NCBI GenBank assembly: GCA_964016885.1
Contig: OZ024740.1
Location: 270,010,001-270,074,000 of the forward strand
Direction of reading: 5' to 3'
Origin: Eledone cirrhosa
Lineage: Eukaryota
Length of the DNA stretch: 64,000 nucleotides
The stretch's first letter is position 1. Each line of letters starts with the position of its first letter. The notes under the pieces were generated by a model. It worked only from the letters and a program-made list of their open reading frames with translations, had not been told where the DNA came from and ran no database searches. The translations under genes were made by a program, and so were the position numbers. Positions 30,326-42,529 of the stretch are shown one piece after another.

Positions 30326-30337
30326 ACACACACACAC

Positions 30338-30382
<45 letters not shown>

Positions 30383-30386
30383 CATA

Positions 30387-30437
<51 letters not shown>

Positions 30438-30554
30438 GTGTGTGTGTATATATATATATATATATACCCTATTCCTGGTATCAAGCGTTCACCTAATATA
30501 TACCCTCCATATACTGTACCGATTGTGTTGTTATTTCTGTTTACCTTTTACATA

Positions 30555-30612
<58 letters not shown>

Positions 30613-30634
30613 TGTATATATATATATATATATA

Positions 30635-30728
<94 letters not shown>

Positions 30729-30879
30729 TATATATATATATAGTATACTAGGGAGAGGATCAGGGGTGTATAACACTCCACTTATCCAGCAGGCAGTATA
30801 AGGTTAGCTCAATGTCTGAGGACAGAGCCGTGATATAATAAATAACAAAGAACGCCTATAGCATATGCATATCTTTACT

Positions 30880-30925
30880 TGCTAACATTGTTTCATCCGC
30901 ACTATAAGTGGGACTCATCAGAGCA
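30880..30925 (-). ncRNA. Hammerhead ribozyme in pLTR
   Basis: Reverse complement of 35911-35956. Confidence 0.75.
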
Positions 30926-33109
30926 TAAAGGTTAATTACATACCATACAAGCAATAACAAATCCAAGACATTGAAGAATGAAAAATAATAATAGACGATA
31001 AAGGATATTAAGGAAGTAAAAGTAAAAATAAAGATAAGAATAAAAATAAAAATAAAAATAAAAATAAGATAATAAAATAAACAATGAAAAATAAGGGGTG
31101 CTATCAGTCACAGTTGGGCGGGGTGCTGTCAACATATAGTTACATACAAGCATACACATGGATAAGAGAACAGACAAGAGTAGATAAGATAGATAGGATT
31201 AGGTAAGAGTAGGTAAAAAATAGGTGAAAAACAGACTTATAATATATATAAGAAAATATAAAGAAATACATAACAAACTTACATATAAAATATAAAATAT
31301 ACAGATAATAGTGATACAGGGTAAGGAATGAGATAAAATAATATAAAATTAAAATTAAAATTATATAAAATAGAACATAATATAATATAATCATAAAATA
31401 AGATAAAATAAGGTAGACTAAAATAAAATAAAATAGACTAAATTAAAATAATATAATATAAGATATAATTAAATGTAATTAAATAAATAAATAAATAAAT
31501 AAATAAAGTTAAATAAATAAATAAAATTAAAATTAAAATTAAAATTAAAATTAAATTTAAATAAATAAATAAATAAATAAGTAAATAAATAAATAAATAA
31601 ATAAATAAATGGAATTAAATAAGTAAATAAATAAAATTAGATAACATGAACTGAAATAAAATAAAATAAAATGAAATAAAGTAAATTGAGATAAGATATA
31701 TATTTTTTTAGAATATATCTCTTGAGTATATCAGGGGCCCACGAAGGCACTAAGTGTCACAGTTATGTGTATCACTTGACCATTTTTTTAAAATATATTT
31801 CTTGAAAATATCAGGGGCCCACGAAGGCACTAAGTGTCACAGTCACCAGTATCACTTGACCATTGCAAGGCAATGGAGGCGTCCCAGGTTGGGCAGTCTC
31901 AAAAGTTCACTCGAAAGTCGCGGGTGTGCATTCACACAGTTGAGCGGTGGGGTAATGACAAACCGGTTCACACCCGGGCAGGAGTCCAATGGTCAGAGAG
32001 AGGTGCATCGAAGGAGGGTAGGAGAATTCACGTGCATTAGCAAGCGAGGTGCGGGCGGGTTAGCCAAAGCAAGCAGACACAGTTGGAGCGCATACAAAAG
32101 ATATATAAAAAGACAGAAGATATATAAAAAATAGCTTCAAGAGCCATTAAGTCACCGCATTGGGACATCACAAGATTGTACACATCAATATGTTCAGCAC
32201 GTATATGCACATATACACACCACATGCATATGCAGAGACGGTATACATATATATATATATATTTTTTTATATACAGACATATACAACCACCTACACCCAT
32301 ACACATATAAATGTATACACGGACACACACGCACACACACACAGCGTAGGACACCCGGGTCAAAGCTGATATTAAACACCGAAATACCACATTAGGCCAG
32401 ACCCACCACCACGGATAATACATTCAAAATAAATACATACGATGAGATGTAGTAAAATAAAGTTGAAATCCTACGGAGATAATCATGTCCGCACGTGCCA
32501 TTGCCCGATTCAAGTGTACACAGACCGTTAGTAACTACGGAGGGCTATCGGGGCCAAAACGTTACTTTCGGGATCATAACAACGACCGTCAATATATGGA
32601 AGGCCGATCGTGCTAGAAAGACTACAACCCCGGGCAAGAGCTCCCAGAAGTCAGCCTGTAGATCTTAAACCACAGAATATGAGGGCAACACGTACATGCG
32701 CCACGTATCCACTGCTTACGGCGGGCTGGCACAGGTCCGCCCACAGTTACAGGCTTAATTTCTATTAGTGCAGCCTAAATCACAGTACACGTTTTACATA
32801 AATACATTACATCACAACTCATGCGCATACAGAGGTACAGATCCACAAGATATACGTCAGGATAGACCCACCAATGCACCAATGGTGGGTAGGCGAGCGT
32901 GGATGGGTTACATCCGCTGTGCCAAACAGGGGTGCTTATTAACATACACACCCACTCACCTGTACACCCCAATATCCAGATCAATATCCTCCCACAGGCA
33001 TACGTATACATTCACCGACTCATATACATAGACGACCAACAATAGGAGACAGTTACACACAATCAGAGACAGTTACACAAGACAGCCCAACTGGAGGAAT
33101 AAGGAAGTG

Positions 33110-34921
33110 CTAGCTAACAGGTTTAAAGTAGAAGAAAGAGCTTAATATTCGGTGGGGGCAAGAGGAAAATATTTCAGACTTTCTATTTAGTAGAGGGCAT
33201 TTAGCAAATATAATAGAGTGGGATTCGGCAAGGCATAGGTTACATACTCTATTATGAGGAGTATATGGATGGGATTTAGCAACCTGCCGCCAAGTAAGTG
33301 TGTAATGTGTTCGTGCATTTTTTAAATTATGGACGTACGCTGCCAAGGAGGTGGAGTTCCTCAGTTTATTATGTCTAAAAGTGCATTGGTGAGAGTTAAA
33401 CCTGGTCTTAAAGGGGGTGGAGGTTGATCCTATATAGGTCTTAGTGGACGCCGTAGTTACTACATCACACGCATAAACTATGTTTCTAACAAGGCAGAAA
33501 CCATTCAGGGGGCAGCCTGAAGCCCTTCTACAGTTACAACCTCTGGTGATGCTATTCTCAGAATGATCACCACTTGTGTTTCTGCCCACTCTGTCCACTA
33601 CCGTGTTTTCCCCTAGGCTTAGGTTGTCCAGGCCTTCCTTTATTTTCTTATTATTAGTAATGGCCAGATGAGAGGCCAGATTTTGGGTTGTAGAATACGA
33701 AAGTTTAACAACATTCTTATTGAGGATAGAGTGGTACCTATTACCAGGAGGGAAGTTCCTTTCTAACACAGAGAAGAAGGCCCTAGGAATATTTATAGCC
33801 ACTTCAGAATTAAAAGGGGGGTTGAAGTATGTATTCAATCTTCTTCTATTCTTTTTATTCTTTCTATTTCCATCAGTATTATTAGCATTATTATTTCTAC
33901 GGTTCCTATGCTCACCTAGTCTATGCGGGGAGCTGCGAGGCCTACCATTGCTATTACTTAGACTAATGGTGCCCTGCTGGTTCATTCCACCGGCATCTAG
34001 AAACCTCCCTTTCGCGACACCTCTATTGCTATTACTTAGACTAATGGTGCCCTGCTGCTTCATTCCACCGGCATTTAGAACCCTCCCATTCGCGACACCT
34101 CCATTACCAATGGACATATTATGTGTTATAACAACACTGGTAGAGCTACTATTAGGACTATTATTTCCCTGGGTGTAATACAATTTGTCCCTAAAGCCGG
34201 ATCTAGCTAAGGCATCATTATAGTAATCAGCCTGCGAGTCAAACGCCTCCTCACTATGTGAGAGTGAACTTATTCTGTTAGATACGCCCTTCAGTATACC
34301 GCTGATGACCGACCTAGGGTGGTTAGAGTTGGTATTCACGTAAGTCAGCAATTCATTAGGCTTATGGTACGGTGTGTACGTATGGTTATCCAAGTCCAAT
34401 GTAACATCCAGGAAGTTCACAGTTCTATCATTTATATCCATAGTAATGGATAGGTTAAATGTTTTAAAAAAACTATGCAGCTTTTTCCTAATGCGCACTA
34501 TATTATACTTACTAGTATCTATGGAGAGTAGGGCGTCATCCCGGTACAACCCGCCCCTAAGGAAAGGGAAGTTACTATGCAGTTCATTGAGGAGGTATAG
34601 CCCAACTAAGTCGGTGACTTGAGCAGAGTCACTCGACCCCATAGTAATGTCAAAATTATCAGGTGTGTTTTTTCTCGTCCATAGATTATCCTCAAACATG
34701 ATAATGGTTTTACGTGCAGCGAGAACAATATCTATCTGTGGCCTTGTAATTGCCCCCCTCTGCATGGCTAGGATGAGGGCCTTATTGAGGATAATAGGAG
34801 ATATAGATGTATAATAAGCATCAATATCAAATTGGATGAATTTGAGTGAGTCACGACCACAATCCGTAGAGAACCACGTAATGACCTCACTAGTGTTACC
34901 CCAAAGCTCAAGGAAAGTTTT
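33110..34921 (-). pseudogene. N-terminally truncated PLE RT + GIY-YIG coding region (open frame)
   Basis: Identical to the 864-aa ORF from KTFLELW onward, except one residue; the first ~49 aa of the predicted 652-aa ORF are antisense pLTR sequence. Confidence 0.85.
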
Positions 34922-35241
34922 GAGACTGCCCAACCTGGGACGCCTCCATTGCCTTGCAATGGTCAAGTGATACTGGTGACTGTGACACTTAGTGCCTTCG
35001 TGGGCCCCTGATATTTTCAAGAAATATATTTTTAAAAAATGGTCAAGTGATACACATAACTGTGACACTTAGTGCCTTCGTGGGCCCCTGATATACTCAA
35101 GAGATATACTCTAAAAAAATATATATCTTATCTCAATTTACTTTATTTCATTTTATTTTATTTTATTTCAGTTCATGTTATCTAATTTTATTTATTTACT
35201 TATTTAATTCCATTTATTTATTTATTTATTTATTTATTTAC

Positions 35242-35273
<32 letters not shown>

Positions 35274-35910
35274 ATTTAATTTTAATTTTAATTTTAATTT
35301 TAATTTTAATTTTATTTATTTATTTATCTTTATTTATTTATTTATTTATTTATTTAATTACATTTAATTATATCTTATATTATATTATTTTAATTTAGTC
35401 TATTTTATTTTATTTTAGTCTACCTTATTTTATCTTATTTTATGATTATATTATATTATGTTCTATTTTATATAATTTTAATTTTAATTTTATATTATTT
35501 TATCTCATTCCTTACCCTGTATCACTATTATCTGTATATTTTATATTTTATATGTAAGTTTGTTATGTATTTCTTTATATTTTCTTATATATATTATAAG
35601 TCTGTTTTTCACCTATTTTTTACCTACTCTTACCTAATCCTATCTATCTTATCTACTCTTGTCTGTTCTCTTATCCATGTGTATGCTTGTATGTAACTAT
35701 ATGTTGACAGCACCCCGCCCAACTGTGACTGGTAGCACCCCTTATTTTTCATTGTTTATTTTATTATCTTATTTTTATTTTTATTTTTATTTTTATTCTT
35801 ATCTTTATTTTTACTTTTACTTCCTTAATATCCTTTATCGTCTATTATTATTTTTCATTCTTCAATGTCTTGGATTTGTTATTGCTTGTATGGTATGTAA
35901 TTAACCTTTA

Positions 35911-35956
35911 TGCTCTGATGAGTCCCACTTATAGTGCGGATGAAACAATGTTAGCA
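35911..35956 (+). ncRNA. Hammerhead ribozyme in 5' pLTR
   Basis: UGCU-CUGAUGA-GUCCCACUUAUAGUGCGGAU-GAAA-CAAUG-UU-AGCA; stem I extends via CUUUA/UAAAG after a bulge; GUU triplet. Confidence 0.75.
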
Positions 35957-36165
35957 AGTAAAGATATGCATATGCTATAGGCGTTCTTTGTTATTTATTA
36001 TATCACGGCTCTGTCCTCAGACATTGAGCTAACCTTATACTGCCTGCTGGATAAGTGGAGTGTTATACACCCCTGATCCTCTCCCTAGTATACTATACGG
36101 CTCCCACTGGTTGAGCTTAAACTTTGATATACGCGGATTTGTGTCCTTGTATATTATCAGGCAGT

Positions 36166-38654
36166 ATGCTAACAAAGACATACTTACCCATTTCCTTGAA
36201 GAATATTCCCCCCCCCCTAAAATCTCATATGAGAAATCACTGATAACTAGCATAAACTCATTCGTAAAACGTGTTCGGTGGCGTGCGTTCCATTTTGATA
36301 AGAAGTATGATAGCCCTGAAGAGAGGCGTAGTTTTAATAATTATGGATTTAAGACCTATAGGAGCCCCCCGCATAATAGCCTGTTGGATAACTTCGAAAG
36401 TGAGCTATTATCCCTTGTTAGGAATATTAGATATAAAAAATCTAGATGTACCAATAAATTTCAGAGTAAACTAAGTTCAATCGTTAGGGAGTTTAGGGAT
36501 AATAAATCCATTCTGGTCCCCTCTGACAAAACTAAAAACTTATATAGTATGGATTATAAAACCTATCGAGGCTTCATTTATAATGAACTACATAGGAACT
36601 ACAAAAAAACAACGCAGAGTAATTTAGATAATATTAATCTGGAGGGGTATAACATAGTGGTAAAACTAGGTCTGGATAAACACACTCAGCCTTATTACCC
36701 CAAGCAGCCTAGATTCACCCTCAAGGACCACAAGGAAGATTTTATTAGCAGACCCTCAGTTAGGCTTATCTGCCCCTCCAAGTCTGACCTGGGGATTATT
36801 AGTAAGGGAATCTTGGATAGCGTTATTCCCCTGGTTAGAGAAAAAACTTTCCTTGAGCTTTGGGGTAACACTAGTGAGGTCATTACGTGGTTCTCTACGG
36901 ATTGTGGTCGTGACTCACTCAAATTCATCCAATTTGATATTGATGCTTATTATACATCTATATCTCCTATTATCCTCAATAAGGCCCTCATCCTAGCCAT
37001 GCAGAGGGGGGCAATTACAAGGCCACAGATAGATATTGTTCTCGCTGCACGTAAAACCATTATCATGTTTGAGGATAATCTATGGACGAGAAAAAACACA
37101 CCTGATAATTTTGACATTACTATGGGGTCGAGTGACTCTGCTCAAGTCACCGACTTAGTTGGGCTATACCTCCTCAATGAACTGCATAGTAACTTCCCTT
37201 TCCTTAGGGGCGGGTTGTACCGGGATGACGCCCTACTCTCCATAGATACTAGTAAGTATAATATAGTGCGCATTAGGAAAAAGCTGCATAGTTTTTTTAA
37301 AACATTTAACCTATCCATTACTATGGATATAAATGATAGAACTGTGAACTTCCTGGATGTTACATTGGACTTGGATAACCATACGTACACACCGTACCAT
37401 AAGCCTAATGAATTGCTGACTTACGTGAATACCAACTCTAACCACCCTAGGTCGGTCATCAGCGGTATACTGAAGGGCGTATCTAACAGAATAAGTTCAC
37501 TCTCACATAGTGAGGAGGCGTTTGACTCGCAGGCTGATTACTATAATGATGCCTTAGCTAGATCCGGCTTTAGGGACAAATTGTATTACACCCAGGGAAA
37601 TAATAGTCCTAATAGTAGCTCTACCAGTGTTGTTATAACACATAATATGTCCATTGGTAATGGAGGTGTCGCGAATGGGAGGGTTCTAAATGCCGGTGGA
37701 ATGAAGCAGCAGGGCACCATTAGTCTAAGTAATAGCAATAGAGGTGTCGCGAAAGGGAGGTTTCTAGATGCCGGTGGAATGAACCAGCAGGGCACCATTA
37801 GTCTAAGTAATAGCAATGGTAGGCCTCGCAGCTCCCCGCATAGACTAGGTGAGCATAGGAACCGTAGAAATAATAATGCTAATAATACTGATGGAAATAG
37901 AAAGAATAAAAAGAATAGAAGAAGATTGAATACATACTTCAACCCCCCTTTTAATTCTGAAGTGGCTATAAATATTCCTAGGGCCTTCTTCTCTGTGTTA
38001 GAAAGGAACTTCCCTCCTGGTAATAGGTACCACTCTATCCTCAATAAGAATGTTGTTAAACTTTCGTATTCTACAACCCAAAATCTGGCCTCTCATCTGG
38101 CCATTACTAATAATAAGAAAATAAAGGAAGGCCTGGACAACCTAAGCCTAGGGGAAAACACGGTAGTGGACAGAGTGGGCAGAAACACAAGTGGTGATCA
38201 TTCTGAGAATAGCATCACCAGAGGTTGTAACTGTAGAAGGGCTTCAGGCTGCCCCCTGAATGGTTTCTGCCTTGTTAGAAACATAGTTTATGCGTGTGAT
38301 GTAGTAACTACGGCGTCCACTAAGACCTATATAGGATCAACCTCCACCCCCTTTAAGACCAGGTTTAACTCTCACCAATGCACTTTTAGACATAATAAAC
38401 TGAGGAACTCCACCTCCTTGGCAGCGTACGTCCATAATTTAAAAAATGCACGAACACATTACACACTTACTTGGCGGCAGGTTGCTAAATCCCATCCATA
38501 TACTCCTCATAATAGAGTATGTAACCTATGCCTTGCCGAATCCCACTCTATTATATTTGCTAAATGCCCTCTACTAAATAGAAAGTCTGAAATATTTTTC
38601 TCTTGCCCCCACCGAATATTAAGCTCTTTCTTCTACTTTAAACCTGTTAGCTAG
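36166..38654 (+). CDS. PLE reverse transcriptase + GIY-YIG endonuclease (Naiad-like); ATG is out of frame with the main ORF at a C10 run (36208-36217)
   Basis: PSDKTKNLY, FTLKDHK, VRLICP, QFDIDAYY, ITMGS, GLYRDD, NFLDVTL, YHKP..YVNTNSNHP (PLE RT); CNCRRASGCPL; IVYAC..TYIGST..FKTRFNSH; CNLCLAE; LNRKSE..CPH. The track ORF 36060-38654 starts at GTG. Confidence 0.85.
37659..37814 (+). repeat. In-frame 78-bp tandem duplication in the RT-EN linker
   Basis: NGGVANGRVLNAGGMKQQGTISLSNS / NRGVAKGRFLDAGGMNQQGTISLSNS. Confidence 0.9.
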
Positions 38655-40421
38655 CACTTCCTTATTCCTCCAGTTGGGCTGTCTTGTGTAACTGTCTCTG
38701 ATTGTGTGTAACTGTCTCCTATTGTTGGTCGTCTATGTATATGAGTCGGTGAATGTATACGTATGCCTGTGGGAGGATATTGATCTGGATATTGGGGTGT
38801 ACAGGTGAGTGGGTGTGTATGTTAATAAGCACCCCTGTTTGGCACAGCGGATGTAACCCATCCACGCTCGCCTACCCACCATTGGTGCATTGGTGGGTCT
38901 ATCCTGACGTATATCTTGTGGATCTGTACCTCTGTATGCGCATGAGTTGTGATGTAATGTATTTATGTAAAACGTGTACTGTGATTTAGGCTGCACTAAT
39001 AGAAATTTAGCCTGTAACTGTGGGCGGACCTGTGCCATCCCGCCGTAAGCAGTGGATACGTGGCGCATGTACGTGTTGCCCTCATATTCTGTGGTTTAAG
39101 ATCTACAGGCTGACTTCTGGGAGCTCTTGCCCGGGGTTGTAGTCTTTCTAGCACGATCGGCCTTCCATATATTGACGGTCGTTGTTATGATCCCGAAAGT
39201 AACGTTTTGGCCCCGATAGCCATCCGTAGTTACTGACTGTCTGTGTACACTTGAATCGGGCAATGGCACGTGCGGACATGATTATCACCGTAGGATTTCA
39301 ACTTTATTTTACTACATCTCATCGTATGTATTTATTTTGAATGTATTATCCGTGGTGGTGGGTCTGGCCTAATGTGGTATTTCGGTGTTTAATATCAGCT
39401 TTGACCCGGGTGTCCTACGCTGTGTGTGTGTGCGTGTGTGTCCGTGTATACATTTATATGTGTATGGATGTAGGTGGTTGTATATGTCTGTATATAAAAA
39501 AAAAAATATATATATATATATATGTATACCGTCTCTGCATATGCATGTGGTGTGTATATGTGCATATACGTGCTGAACATATTGATGTGTACAATCTTGT
39601 GATGTCCCAATGCGGTGACTTAATGGCTCTTGAAGCTATTTTTTATATATCTTCTGTCTTTTTATATATCTTTTGTATGCGCTCCAACTGTGTCTGCTTG
39701 CTTTTAATTTTATTTATTTACTTATTTAATTCCATTTATTTATTTATTTATTTATTTATTTACTTATTTATTTATTTATTTATTTATTTAAATTTAATTT
39801 TAATTTTAATTTTAATGTTAATTTTATTTATTTATTTAACTTTATTTATTTATTTATTTATTTATTTAATTACATTTAATTATATCTTATATTATATTAT
39901 TTTAATTTAGTCTATTTTATTTTATTTTAGTCTACCTTATTTTATCTTATTTTATGATTATATTATATTATGTTCTATTTTATATAATTTTAATTTTAAT
40001 TTTATATTATTTTATCTCATTCCTTACCCTGTATCACTATTATCTGTATATTTTATATTTTATATGTAAGTTTGTTATGTATTTCTTTATATTTTCTTAT
40101 ATATATTATAAGTCTGTTTTTCACCTATTTTTTACCTACTCTTACCTAATCCTATCTATCATATCTACTCTTGTCTGTTCTCTTATCCATGCGTATGCTT
40201 CTATGTAACTATATGTTGACAGCACCCCGCCCAACTGTGACTGATAGCACCCCTTATTTTTCATTGTTTATTTTATTATCTTATTTTTATTTTTATTTTA
40301 TTTTTATTCTTATCTTTATTTTTACTTTTACTTCCTTAATATCCTTTATCGTCTATTATTATTTTTCATTCTTCAATGTCTTGGATTTGTTATTGCTTGT
40401 ATGGTATGTAATTAACCTTTA

Positions 40422-40467
40422 TGCTCTGATGAGTCCCACTTATAGTGCGGATGAAACAATGTTAGCA
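40422..40467 (+). ncRNA. Hammerhead ribozyme in 3' pLTR
   Basis: Identical to 35911-35956. Confidence 0.75.
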
Positions 40468-40529
40468 AGTAAAGATATGCATATGCTATAGGCGTTCTTT
40501 GTTATTTATTATATATATATATATGTATT

Positions 40530-40587
<58 letters not shown>

Positions 40588-40588
40588 A

Positions 40589-40690
<102 letters not shown>

Positions 40691-40788
40691 GTATACAACG
40701 AACCTCTTTACTACTACTACACACACACATATTTGTTTTGAAAGACTTATTTTTCAGTGACTTCTCAATCAGCCGACACAAACCTACA

Positions 40789-40998
40789 TTTGGCGCAAAA
40801 TCAATTTTTAACATTCACATGACCTCTACCGACCAATCAAAAATGTTTTGACCACAAAAATATTTGCAACACGAATTGGCGCGAAACTTATTTTAATACA
40901 TCTGGAGCCACTTTTTTCACATAAAACAGGTAGAATTTCCAAAACTAATCATATTAGAGCAAACATCACGGGCGCTCTATCTCAAAATTATTTTTGAA
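40789..40998 (+). promoter_or_regulatory. Candidate E2F / CCAAT / CHR promoter module in pLTR
   Basis: TTTGGCGC (40789), GACCAATCA (40831), TTGGCGCGAAA (40876), TTTGAA (40993); motif match only. Confidence 0.3.
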
Positions 40999-42529
40999 AA
41001 GCATTAGAAATGCGCAACCGGTAAAACTTAAAACCAAAACTGAATACTAACCAATACTATTACTAATTTTTACTTATTCCTAATTAAACTATTTTTCACT
41101 GGGAACAATTTGTCAGCATTTTCTTTTCCGTTTACCAATATATCATAATTCGTGTATTACACCTCTATTCTTTTAAATATCATATCCTCACACGAGATAC
41201 AGAAAATGCCAACAAAAACAGATACAACTCTTATCAACACAAATGAAGAGATTCTACAGGAACTCAAGAAAATTAACACCAACCTATCTGTGCTGGTCGA
41301 CAAAGTTGACTCCACAAATGAGGAAACCGTCACCGAATACAAGCCCTCCGAAATCGGCGATAAACTTCAAAACCTTTGCGATACTAACCAAACTATGTTC
41401 ACCAATACCCAGGAAAATCCAACGAAGAACCATGTGAGATTGATTCATACAAAATGAAAATTCGAACAATTCCAAAATGGAACAAATCCCTCAGAGACAG
41501 AAAGTTCTCGTTCTGGAAGATGATACAAAATCACAACAAAGCGGAGATATATGAAAAATGGCTTAACTCAACCCCTCTAACTCTCCCCCGTAAAATACAA
41601 ATAAAGTCCCTTCCAAATGAACCCGAACCTCAAAGACACCTTCGGGAAATAATGGCATTGGAAAAAATGAAGACAGAAATTGAACTTCTTAAATTGAGGT
41701 GCCAGACAAATGAGGAAAAAATCAAAACCATCGATGAAGAGATCCTTCTGGAAATCAACATTAAAACTGAAGGCCCCAAGGTAGAGAAGATCTCTAAATT
41801 ATGGAAAGGGGACTGCAACAGAGAAGAACTGAAATCCCTTCAACGCTGGGATAAAAGTGCCGCTTGGTTCCTACATTATGAATCGACTTTCAAACGGATT
41901 ACACCTCCAATAACCCGTTCATAAAAATAGGAAAACCCATAATCGAACCGCACAACAGCTTCGCAAACCCCCCAGCCACTAACAAAAGAAGAAGGAAGCA
42001 CCACACCGAAGATGAACTTCCCAACCTCGCTACCATAAGAAGGAACAAAAACCCTAGAAATCATCTCCCCCAGAATGACATTTACAACTTTCCCCCTTCA
42101 AGGAGACACCATACCAAATCACTCAACTACTACGCGGATGCCTCATCGTCAAACATAGGGAAAAGATACCACCACCATCATAGATGTAACAACTCCCCGC
42201 TTCAAGGGGACAGCAATGTAATTTCCATTTTCTCAACTCTCGCTTCCACAATACACAACAAACCCACTCCACACGATACAACCAACAACCTAGGCCACCT
42301 ATAACACCACAATCCAACATGCCATATAGAAACACACATCCATACTCGCAATACAGGAACACCCCATTCAATCTACAACCACGAACCCGAAACACATTTT
42401 AAAACAACAAGGAATATAACAAACACAGGAGACCACTTAACATCAGCAGACAACCCCTCTACCCCAACCATTTTATAGACACAGCACACAGATACAGGCA
42501 AACAAAATAACACAAGACAGGGAGGAGAA

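Larger units (their letters stand above)
30742..34921 (-). mobile_element. 5'-truncated inverted copy of the Naiad-like PLE (RT-EN part, complete 3' UTR, pLTR with tail)
   Basis: 33110-34921 is the reverse complement of 36843-38654 (one amino-acid difference seen, EIFSSCPH vs EIFFSCPH); 30742-31905 mirrors 34918-36094. Confidence 0.9.
34918..40514 (+). mobile_element. Penelope-like retroelement (Naiad-like), near full length, with direct pseudo-LTRs
   Basis: 5' pLTR 34918-36097, ORF, 3' UTR 38655-39703, 3' pLTR 39704-40514 repeating about 35184-36003; HHR in both pLTRs; ends in (TA)n. Confidence 0.9.

Noticed and set aside
33110-35068. 652-aa ORF as an independent gene
   Set aside because: Chimera of antisense pLTR and a truncated RT at the inversion junction, with a non-ATG start
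37586-38044. 152-aa antisense ORF (duplicated at 33720-34178)
   Set aside because: Shadow frame of the PLE linker; no independent evidence
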